Origin: Marispirochaeta sp.
GTDB taxonomy: Bacteria; Spirochaetota; Spirochaetia; JC444; Marispirochaetaceae
Direction of reading: 5' to 3'
Length of the DNA: 64,000 nucleotides
Assembly: GCA_963676835.2 (NCBI GenBank)
Contig: CAXXFF010000001.1
Coordinates: 160,001 to 224,000 of the forward strand
The notes beneath the pieces are model-generated. The model ran no database searches. It was not told the origin of the DNA and saw nothing but the letters and a program-made list of their open reading frames with translations. The position numbers and the translations under genes were made by a program. Shown in pieces: positions 52,954 to 61,013 of this stretch (position 1 is the stretch's first letter; the number at the start of each line of letters is the position of its first letter).

Positions 52954-53700
52954 CTATTGCAAATACCCTGATAGTGCAAGCATGGTGGTAAACTTTTCAC
53001 TTCCTTCTCTCCGGAAGGAGCCGTATTGACCGCTGCATCGGGTACACTCGTTGAAGGAATACCAGTTGCCAACCCCCAGACTCTCTGCGATGGAGGCATT
53101 TGCATGAAGCAATGAAAGGTACAGCCTGCTGCCGTCGTTCCGGACAGCATCATTCCCCCACAACTCTGCAAAAAGACGGTAACGTTCTTCATCTACTGCA
53201 TAGCAGCAGCTGCCGATGGACGGTCCGAAAAGCAGAAAAATATCCTCCGGCCGGCTCCCCTGGTCAAACAGTTTTTTTATACTGTTTTTTAAAATACCCG
53301 TACCTTTCCAGCCTGAATGGAGTAATCCGAAGGAGCCGCTTCTTACTTCCAGGATATAGATCGGCATACAATCCGCAACGGTTACCGACAGAAAACCCCG
53401 GGAGGAAGGATGAAGGATGCCGTCTCCCTCTTCAATGGGTGGATACTGAAGGGTTCCAGCATGAGCTGAAAGCACTTTACGTGTATGGGTCTGCAGGAGA
53501 TTATGCACTTTGCCCCCGGGAATACCCAGTAAATCAAACCATAAAGCCCTGTTTGATGGCCCATCCGGAAACTTCCAGGACATGGTTCCGGCATCTTTAA
53601 GACTGAGATACATACGAAACTTTTGTTCTGTAACATCGGGAAACCTGAATTCCAGGTAAGTATCATGCCGGATAACGCAGGACTCAGGCAGACGCGGCAT
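52954..53700 (-). CDS. pgeF: YfiH/PgeF (DUF152) family protein
   Basis: QTH, TVADCMPI, HSGWKG, GPSIGSCCY, SFRR. Confidence 0.88.
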   Translation of the reverse strand: MPRLPESCVIRHDTYLEFRFPDVTEQKFRMYLSLKDAGTMSWKFPDGPSNRALWFDLLGIPGGKVHNLLQTHTRKVLSAHAGTLQYPPIEEGDGILHPSSRGFLSVTVADCMPIYILEVRSGSFGLLHSGWKGTGILKNSIKKLFDQGSRPEDIFLLFGPSIGSCCYAVDEERYRLFAELWGNDAVRNDGSRLYLSLLHANASIAESLGVGNWYSFNECTRCSGQYGSFRREGSEKFTTMLALSGYLQ

Positions 53701-55399
53701 ACCGTTCCTCCAGGCGAATCATTGCCGCAAGTATCCGCACCGCTTCATTCAAGGTAATCGATGCGGAGTTGAGATCCTTCATAAACTGATCATTATTTCG
53801 TCCGCCCATGTATCCGATATTGGAGAGACTGTCAAATCGCCCACCTTTTTCACCATGAAGGATTCCATTCAAAACAGCACCGAGCATCCGGAGAAGCTCC
53901 AAACCGGCAATAAGGGTTGCCCCTGCCCGACGATCAGCTTCTGCGCTGACAGCTGCAATCTTTTTCCTGCGTATATACGACGGCAGAGATTCAGCCTCCA
54001 GCGCGGCAAGCTGCATTCCACCGGATCCCCGGGGTGACAGGAAATCACTGGCATCTTTAATTTTCTCTTTCAGCTGACTGAGACCATTGTATGCTTCCGA
54101 ATAATCCTCGCTGTTCTGGGCTTTATAAAATTCGCCATCAATAAGAACCTGCTTCAGAACAATATTGTGCCGACCGCCAAGAAGAAATTCGGCAAAGGCA
54201 TTGAGAAACCCCAGAGAGACAATGTGGTTCAGATCCAATGGTACTGTATGCACCTCCTGCCGGTAATACGGCAGTCGCGGAAGCTGATCAAGCCCCAGAG
54301 TTTCAGCTGCTTCTGACTCCAGATCGCGGTATTCGCGGTCAATAAGAAAACGCTTCACTTCGCCTCTAAGACGCCTTTTCCAGTATGAACGGACCAGCGA
54401 AGACCAATCCTCTCCGGCAGTTACCGGTTTGAGATACACATTGGCTTTTTCAGTTGCCAGCCTCAACAGGTCAAAAAGCGGGACATTACGATTGAACTGT
54501 CTCATTATACGTACGGTATCCCTGGCCTGTGTCATATCTGTTTTAACCTGACCAAAAAGGTGATCAAGATCTTCATTCTCATCGTTTATGCGGCTGATTA
54601 TAAACAGGGCTTCAAGAAAACCGGCGGAGGGTAAGTGGGTCATACTCATAAAGATTCGGGTAAGCTGCTGAATATCATCTGCAAGAACGGAAGCTGCACA
54701 TCCCTGATCAACCTGCTTTCCGTATCTGCCTATCATCTTATCGAAGGGAAACCAGGTAAGCTCGTGAAGGATTTGAAAGAAACTGGCATCCCGGGAGAGA
54801 AGGCCTCTTTCTTCGGGGGTCATTTCCAGAAGAAAGTCTTCAAAACGGCCGATAACCACCCGGCTCAGTTCCTTTTCAGAAGGAAGCTTACCTTCCACTG
54901 AGGTCACAAACTGTTCGATCCGGCACAACTGACGAACCCTTGATTCGATTTCCGGTAGTTCCCGGTGCATCACAAAGGCAAAGATTTCCTCTTTTCGTTC
55001 AACACTTATGTTGACCATTACCTCTCTGAATACATTTACAGCCTTTTTCAGATTCTTGATTTCCAGAAGAAAAGCAGAATGGATTCTTTTACCGGGAAAA
55101 TCATAAAGACCTGGATAAACATCCTCCAACCTACTGTATATTCCCTTCATTACTGCGGACTCAATAAGCTGTATACGTGTCTTGCTGGTAAAAACAGTAC
55201 GAAAAAAAATAAGCAACTTCCGGGGGAAGCTGAATCCTGCATATTCTGTTTCGAGGTTTACCGGTGCAGGATCTTCATTGGAGGAATGGACCGGTTCTGT
55301 TTCAGTCTCCATCAGTTCGGTAAGCCTGTTGAGCATTTCCGCCCGTTCACCCTCGGAGAGTTCCAAAACCAACTGATCAAACACCGAACCTGACTGCAT
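53684..55399 (-). CDS. Spirochaete conserved helical protein (DUF5312-like)
   Basis: 571 aa; FDQLVLELSEGER, LIDGEFYK, FDSLSNI. Confidence 0.7.
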   Translation of the reverse strand: MQSGSVFDQLVLELSEGERAEMLNRLTELMETETEPVHSSNEDPAPVNLETEYAGFSFPRKLLIFFRTVFTSKTRIQLIESAVMKGIYSRLEDVYPGLYDFPGKRIHSAFLLEIKNLKKAVNVFREVMVNISVERKEEIFAFVMHRELPEIESRVRQLCRIEQFVTSVEGKLPSEKELSRVVIGRFEDFLLEMTPEERGLLSRDASFFQILHELTWFPFDKMIGRYGKQVDQGCAASVLADDIQQLTRIFMSMTHLPSAGFLEALFIISRINDENEDLDHLFGQVKTDMTQARDTVRIMRQFNRNVPLFDLLRLATEKANVYLKPVTAGEDWSSLVRSYWKRRLRGEVKRFLIDREYRDLESEAAETLGLDQLPRLPYYRQEVHTVPLDLNHIVSLGFLNAFAEFLLGGRHNIVLKQVLIDGEFYKAQNSEDYSEAYNGLSQLKEKIKDASDFLSPRGSGGMQLAALEAESLPSYIRRKKIAAVSAEADRRAGATLIAGLELLRMLGAVLNGILHGEKGGRFDSLSNIGYMGGRNNDQFMKDLNSASITLNEAVRILAAMIRLEERYAASA

Positions 55400-55405
55400 T
55401 GCATT

Positions 55406-55434
55406 ATTCTAGAGTTTTGATTCCCCCCGGTCAA
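55406..55434 (-). promoter_or_regulatory. sigma70 promoter, probably leaderless transcript
   Basis: TTGACC-17-TAGAAT-6-ATG. Confidence 0.65.
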
Positions 55435-55491
55435 GCTGGTTTTTTTACGATTATTCTTGACAATCCCTGTCGGATGGAGTATTCAATTAGC

Positions 55492-55572
55492 ATGTCTTTT
55501 GTAATTATCAGCCTAATTAGCGTCCTCGTGATTATTATCGGTGCCTCAGCACCGCAGGGGGAAATCGCCTAG
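55492..55572 (+). CDS. Ile/Val/Leu-rich attenuator leader peptide MSFVIISLISVLVIIIGASAPQGEIA
   Basis: 26 codons; 11 of codons 4-16 are Ile, Val or Leu. Lies just before a terminator upstream of ilvB, with TTGACA at 55457. Confidence 0.88.
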   Translation: MSFVIISLISVLVIIIGASAPQGEIA

Positions 55573-55595
55573 GCTTTTAACAAGCGCTATACCAG

Positions 55596-55628
55596 GCCGT
55601 TCTTCCTCCGGGGAGAGCGGCTTTTTTT
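55596..55628 (+). terminator. Attenuator terminator
   Basis: GCCGTTCTTCC-TCC-GGGAGAGCGGC plus T7. The 5' arm can alternatively pair with GGGGGAA...CGCCT in the leader. Confidence 0.88.
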
Positions 55629-55631
55629 ATA

Positions 55632-55869
55632 CCCCGCGTACCGCAGGGCCGCAGGCCCGAGGAACGCGGGGGGACAAGTGCGGCTTTGCGAAGCAAAACG
55701 CACGGTCCATAGCGTACCGCAGGTACGGAGTACCGAGGAACGCGGGCCGAGAACGTATCGCAGGGGCTGCGCCCCGAGAAACGTGCGGGGGCGCAGCGTT
55801 AAAGCGCGGAGCGGACAAGTGCGGCTTTGCGAAGCAAAACGCACGGTCCATAGCGTACCGCAGGTACGG
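55632..55869. repeat. GC-rich palindromic element with a 57-bp exact direct repeat
   Basis: 55672-55728 is identical to 55813-55869. Sub-repeats CCGAGGAACGCGGG and CGTA(C/T)CGCAGG; GAA and GCA triloop hairpins. Confidence 0.85.
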
Positions 55870-55906
55870 TATAGCAGAGTGTACACCAACTGCATAAGGA
55901 GAAGTT

Positions 55907-57646
55907 TTGACCGGTTCACAGACAGTAGTAGAAGTACTGAAAAAAGAGGGAGTCGACACCATCTTCGGTTACCCTGGAGGGGCAGTAATACCTCTTTTTG
56001 ATGCTTTATATAATGAAGACTCGATTAATCTTGTTCTTACCAGGCACGAACAGGCAGCGGTCCATGCTGCCGACGGGTACGCCCGCTCCACAGGAAAAAC
56101 AGGGGTGTGCATTGTTACCAGCGGCCCTGGAGCAACCAATACCGTAACCGGACTTGCCACAGCCAATTTCGATAGCGTGCCTGTGGTATGTATCAGCGGC
56201 CAGGTCCCCCGACAGATGATCGGCAACGATGCCTTTCAGGAGGCCGATACGGTGGGGATAACCCGTCCGGTAACCAAGCACAACTATCTGGTAACAGATC
56301 CCGGTAAGCTTGCAGGCACTTTGCGGGAGAGCTTTCTTATTGCTTCAACCGGCAGACCCGGTCCTGTAGTGGTTGATATACCAAAAGATATCTTTACCTC
56401 TGAACAGCCGGGGAAGTTGCCTGAAAACGTATCCATCCGCGGATACAGGCCATCTCCTCCCCTGGACAGGAAGAATGCGGCAAAAGCGGCAGAAGCTCTG
56501 AACAATGCAGAACGTCCCCTGATCTTCGCAGGTGGAGGAACACAGATTTCAGGATCTGCGGATGCCCTTGACCGCCTTCTGAAAAAGACTAAGGCCCCAC
56601 TTATTACAAGTCTGATGGGAATCGGCATTACTTCCGCAAATGATCCACGCTATCTGGGGATGCTGGGCATGCACGGCAGTTATGCGGCAAATATGGCAGT
56701 ACAGAATGCTGACCTTATCCTCGGCATAGGTGTTCGGTTTGACGACCGGGCCACCGGGGATCTGTCCCGCTTTGCCCCGGAGGCAAAGATTGTACATATT
56801 GATATTGATCCAACCGCCATCGCCCGCAATGTTCCCGTAGAAATACCAGTGGTAGGAGATGCAACAGAGGCAATTGAGGAAATCCTTAAAACCGTAAGGG
56901 GAGAAAAATCCTACAAATCATGGTGGGAAACTATTGAGGGCTACCGTAAATATTACAGCAGCACCCTCTCCACCGATTCAACCCTGAAAAATATGAATCC
57001 GGAGAATGTTATAGCGTTACTGGGAAAAACCTTTCCCGATGCTGTAGTGGCAACAGAGGTCGGCCAGAACCAGATGTGGGCAGCCCAGTATTTCCCCTTC
57101 ACAAGCCCCAGAAGCTTTCTTACCTCCGGAGGCCTGGGCACCATGGGATACGGCTTTCCCGCGGCCATGGGGGCACAGGCCGGAAATCCCGGCAGGAGAG
57201 TGCTTACCATAGCCGGGGACGGTTCCATTCAGATGAATATTCAGGAACTTGCAACAAGCGTCATCGAGCAGTATCCGGTTATTATAGCTATATTGAATAA
57301 TGGTTATCTCGGAATGGTACGACAGTGGCAGGAGATGTTCTGCGAAAAACGTTATGCGAAAACCTGCCTGCAGAGAGTAAAATCCTGCCCGCCGGACTGC
57401 AGCAGCCCCGACGGATCATGTCCCGTATACATACCCGACTTTGTTGCTCTGGCAAAGGCATATGGAGCGGAGGGATTCAGAGCAAGCACCATGGAGGAAG
57501 CCGCGGAGGTAATCGGTAAAGCAGCGGAAATAGATGACAAACCGGTTATTCTGGACTTTATCATTCCCCGGGAAGAAAATGTCTGGCCCATGGTTGCACC
57601 AGGCGCCGCACTTCACGAAATGACCGGCAAAGGAGGCGCTCTGTGA
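55907..57646 (+). CDS. ilvB: Acetolactate synthase large subunit
   Basis: FGYPGGA, RHEQ, TSGPGATN, RFDDR, GDGS...NN; TTG start after AAGGAG. Confidence 0.97.
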   Translation: MTGSQTVVEVLKKEGVDTIFGYPGGAVIPLFDALYNEDSINLVLTRHEQAAVHAADGYARSTGKTGVCIVTSGPGATNTVTGLATANFDSVPVVCISGQVPRQMIGNDAFQEADTVGITRPVTKHNYLVTDPGKLAGTLRESFLIASTGRPGPVVVDIPKDIFTSEQPGKLPENVSIRGYRPSPPLDRKNAAKAAEALNNAERPLIFAGGGTQISGSADALDRLLKKTKAPLITSLMGIGITSANDPRYLGMLGMHGSYAANMAVQNADLILGIGVRFDDRATGDLSRFAPEAKIVHIDIDPTAIARNVPVEIPVVGDATEAIEEILKTVRGEKSYKSWWETIEGYRKYYSSTLSTDSTLKNMNPENVIALLGKTFPDAVVATEVGQNQMWAAQYFPFTSPRSFLTSGGLGTMGYGFPAAMGAQAGNPGRRVLTIAGDGSIQMNIQELATSVIEQYPVIIAILNNGYLGMVRQWQEMFCEKRYAKTCLQRVKSCPPDCSSPDGSCPVYIPDFVALAKAYGAEGFRASTMEEAAEVIGKAAEIDDKPVILDFIIPREENVWPMVAPGAALHEMTGKGGAL

Positions 57647-58146
57647 AACATACAATTTCCCTGCTGGTGGAAAACCACGAAGGCGTGCTCTCCCGTATTT
57701 CAGGCCTTTTTTCAGGCCGCGGCTATAACCTTGAAAGCTTTACCGCAGGCCCTTCTACAGATCCGACCATTTCCCGTATTACCCTGGTATGCGGAGGAGA
57801 TGATCAGATAATAGATCAGATAAAAAAACAGCTGAACAGACTTATCGATGTTATCGAAGTCACTGATCTGACGGCAAGCCCCAAGGTTGACCGTGAACTG
57901 GCGCTGGTCAGGGTTGCCGCCAAGAGCGGCGAACGGGCCGAGCTTTTTCAGGTGGCAGAAATTTTCAGAGCCAGGATTATGGATGTGGCTACCGAATCGG
58001 TAATGCTGGAACTAACCGGAGCACCGGAAAAAATAGATGACTTTATTGCCCTTTTAGACAAAGACTCGATCCTTGAGTTTGCCCGGTCCGGAATGGTTTC
58101 CATGGCCAGGGGAACAAAAACACAGGGCACAGAAGCAAAGGATTAA
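57643..58146 (+). CDS. ilvN: Acetolactate synthase regulatory subunit
   Basis: ACT domain ENHEGVLSRISGLFSGRGYNLES; GTGA overlap with ilvB. Confidence 0.96.
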   Translation: MKHTISLLVENHEGVLSRISGLFSGRGYNLESFTAGPSTDPTISRITLVCGGDDQIIDQIKKQLNRLIDVIEVTDLTASPKVDRELALVRVAAKSGERAELFQVAEIFRARIMDVATESVMLELTGAPEKIDDFIALLDKDSILEFARSGMVSMARGTKTQGTEAKD

Positions 58147-58158
58147 ACGGAGGAAAAT

Positions 58159-59721
58159 ATGGCAAAGGTAATTATTTACGATACAACACTCAGGGACGGC
58201 ATGCAGGGCATAGAGGTCAGTTTTACCCTGCAGGATAAGATTAAAATAGCTCATGCCCTGGATGATATCGGGGTTGACTATATCGAAGGCGGCTTTCCTC
58301 TTTCCAACGACAAGGAAGAAGCCTTTTTTGAACAGGTCAAAAAAGAGTCCTTCAATCACGCAAAAATAGTCGCCTTCGGATCCACCCGCAGGGCCGGAAA
58401 AAAGGTAGAGGAAGATTCACACATTCAGGCCCTCTTGAATGCAGAGACCGAATCCGTAGTGGTTGTGGGAAAAACATGGAAAGCCCACGTGGAAAAGGTT
58501 CTGCGCACCGACCTCAAGGAAAACCTGGATATGATCAGGGACTCCGTTTCCTATCTGAAGAAACACGGCCGGGAAGTAATCTTTGATCTGGAACACTTTT
58601 TTGACGGCTATAAAAATGACCCTGCCTATGCAATGGAAGTGCTGAAAGCAGGATCCGAGGCAGGGGCAGACTGTCTGGTTATGTGTGATACCAATGGTGG
58701 AATTCTTCCACACCAGGTTGATCAGTTTATGAAGGAAATTCAGCAGCATGAGCTTGCACCACTGGGTGTCCACTTTCATGACGATTCCGGCGTTGCCACC
58801 GCCAACAGCCTGACAGGAATCCAGAACGGAGCCATCCATGTGCAGGGAACCATTAACGGCTGGGGTGAACGCTGCGGAAACGCCAACCTCTGTGTGGTTG
58901 TACCCAATCTGGTGCTGAAATGCGACCACGAAATCTATATGGCTGAAAATCTTGAGAACCTTACATCTCTAAGCCGTTTTGTGGCGGAAAAAGCCAACAT
59001 AATTCCTGAAAAGCGTCAGCCCTATGTTGGTGTTGCGGCATTCAGCCATAAAGCAGGTCAGCACGCGGACGTTATTGCCAAGGCTCCTGAACTTATGGAG
59101 CATATAGACGGAGCTAAAGTTGGTAACGAACGGAAGGTACTGCTCTCCGAACTGGCTGGAAAATCTTCGGTCCTGCCCAAGCTGGCAAAATATGGAGACT
59201 ACAACCGCAATTCTCCTGAGGTTCTGGCCCTTACCAGAAAATTGAAAGAGCAGGAAAATCTGGGTTACGAATACGAAGCTGCAGAAGCCTCTTTCGACCT
59301 GATTGTCCGCAAAGAGCTTGGACAATACAAGCCCCTGCTTTCCCTGGACAACTACCATCTGGAAAGCTATAAAACCGGGGATACCATGTCAAAGACTGTG
59401 GGCAGAATGTTCCTGAGAATCGATGACAAACAGGTAATGGGAGCAGGCGTGGGAATCGGTCCGGTAGAAACCCTGGATTCCGCGTTACGGGATGCCCTTC
59501 TCCCCTTCTTTCCCTTTATCGAGAACATCTCCCTGATTGACTACAAGGTACGGGTACTGAATCCTCAGGAGGCGGCGGCATCCAAGGTTCGGGTTTTTAT
59601 TACCTCTACGGACCACAAGAACAACAGCTGGGATACTGTAGGGGTTTCGGAGAACATTGTAGAAGCCTCATGGGAAGCCATCGTGGAGAGCTTCGAGTAC
59701 TACTATAACAACTTCGCTTAG
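58159..59721 (+). CDS. cimA: Citramalate synthase
   Basis: YDTTLRDGMQ, FGSTRR, EHFFDG, GERCGNANL, YEAAEASF and DYKVR: the CimA-type branch of the IPMS family. Confidence 0.88.
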   Translation: MAKVIIYDTTLRDGMQGIEVSFTLQDKIKIAHALDDIGVDYIEGGFPLSNDKEEAFFEQVKKESFNHAKIVAFGSTRRAGKKVEEDSHIQALLNAETESVVVVGKTWKAHVEKVLRTDLKENLDMIRDSVSYLKKHGREVIFDLEHFFDGYKNDPAYAMEVLKAGSEAGADCLVMCDTNGGILPHQVDQFMKEIQQHELAPLGVHFHDDSGVATANSLTGIQNGAIHVQGTINGWGERCGNANLCVVVPNLVLKCDHEIYMAENLENLTSLSRFVAEKANIIPEKRQPYVGVAAFSHKAGQHADVIAKAPELMEHIDGAKVGNERKVLLSELAGKSSVLPKLAKYGDYNRNSPEVLALTRKLKEQENLGYEYEAAEASFDLIVRKELGQYKPLLSLDNYHLESYKTGDTMSKTVGRMFLRIDDKQVMGAGVGIGPVETLDSALRDALLPFFPFIENISLIDYKVRVLNPQEAAASKVRVFITSTDHKNNSWDTVGVSENIVEASWEAIVESFEYYYNNFA

Positions 59722-59745
59722 TCAGCAAACTACCATTCATATAAC

Positions 59746-59782
59746 AAAACCCTTCAGTATTCATCACACTGAAGGGTTTTTT
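59746..59782 (+). terminator. Intrinsic terminator
   Basis: AAAACCCTTCAGT...ACTGAAGGGTTTTTT. Confidence 0.85.
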
Positions 59783-59928
59783 CTTTTCCTACCCACTTTT
59801 CAACCAAGAAAAAGAAACATAGGAATCCTGATAACCCGTGCCCCATGACTTTTATCACTGCCGGCAATGACATTTGGCACTTCTTAAAGCCGCAGCCCGA
59901 AGATACCCTAAGGGGAAGTGAGGATTAT

Positions 59929-60885
59929 ATGAATTTCAATGCTTTGACAAAAAGACCTTTTAAAGAACGGATGAAAAACACCGCCTACCTGCTGCGGAAC
60001 TCTTTTACGGTTATCGGAAAAGATGAGGATATAAAAACGCCTATTATCCGTATGGCAGTGTGGACGGTAATTACACGGCTGCTTTTTTTTGCATCCCTTC
60101 TGCCAATCTTAACGGCTTCCCTGCATCAAAATATCGGACTTATTGCCCTGTCGGTTCTTTTCTGGATTTTTATGCTGGTGGTGATAGTACCCTTAAGATT
60201 TTTCTACGATACCAGGCAGAGGGGAAATGTCTGCTGGATAGTTTTCAACACCATCTGCGGCAAGGATATAAGCTATACAGACGCGGTGAAACACACAAAA
60301 GGGGCAAAAAAAACTCTGCGCATCCTCGGTTTAAGCGATCTTGTTATACGTTATGCCAAAATGTTCAACAAAGAGTCCGGTTTTCTTATTAACCTGCTCC
60401 TTGGGTTTCTTGAAGAAGTATGGGATCTTATCAGTAACTTCCTTATTCCCGCAGTGCTGATTGAATCGAAACCGGTCAAAGAGATTGTTCCGGACCTTAA
60501 ATCACTCAAAAATAACGTTCCAGCCACCCTCACCGGTGTATTCGGCATAGATTTTGCCGGAGGTGCAGTGAAATCACTGATATGGGGAATCTCATTTCTG
60601 TTGATTATTATATCCGCTGCAGCAGGATGGCTGCTTACCTTTGTTACAAGCTTCGGAACCATTACTTTCGCCGGCAACGCCCCTTTCAGCATTAACTGGA
60701 TACCGGTGTTTCTTACAGTTATGCTGGTTTCTATTCTTCTGGGTATTGCATCACGGCTGGTGGAATCCATCAAGATTATCTACTTTACTATTTTTTACAC
60801 CTCAGTACAGAAACCTGACCAGCTTTCAGAAGATATAAAAGAGGAACTTACCGGGTACCTGAACTTCGGAGAAAGCAAAGCGTAA
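59929..60885 (+). CDS. Integral membrane protein of unknown function
   Basis: Start MNFNAL after GAGG; several TM segments. Confidence 0.78.
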   Translation: MNFNALTKRPFKERMKNTAYLLRNSFTVIGKDEDIKTPIIRMAVWTVITRLLFFASLLPILTASLHQNIGLIALSVLFWIFMLVVIVPLRFFYDTRQRGNVCWIVFNTICGKDISYTDAVKHTKGAKKTLRILGLSDLVIRYAKMFNKESGFLINLLLGFLEEVWDLISNFLIPAVLIESKPVKEIVPDLKSLKNNVPATLTGVFGIDFAGGAVKSLIWGISFLLIIISAAAGWLLTFVTSFGTITFAGNAPFSINWIPVFLTVMLVSILLGIASRLVESIKIIYFTIFYTSVQKPDQLSEDIKEELTGYLNFGESKA

Positions 60886-60957
60886 GAACCTGTTTATATA
60901 AATATTAAGTTGCATCAACATATTTACATATTCCAATTACAAAAATTCCTGTTGCAC

Positions 60958-60996
60958 AAAAAAAGGCTGCAGTTCGTCATGAACAGCAGCCTTTTT
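60958..60996. terminator. Bidirectional terminator
   Basis: A7-GGCTGC-A-GTTC...GAAC-A-GCAGCC-T5, between convergent genes. Confidence 0.82.
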
Positions 60997-61013
60997 GTTT
61001 ACTATGGGGATAA

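Noticed and set aside
55492..55628. T-box riboswitch upstream of ilvB
   Set aside because: No T-box consensus (TGGnACC) or room for stem I; the leader peptide explains the region.
55672..55869. Possible CRISPR array
   Set aside because: Only two 57-bp copies, the 84-bp spacer is itself built from sub-repeats, and no cas genes are in the window.
55541..56001. Four overlapping 107-118-aa ORFs
   Set aside because: They arise from the stop-poor GC-rich repeat and overlap the attenuator and ilvB.
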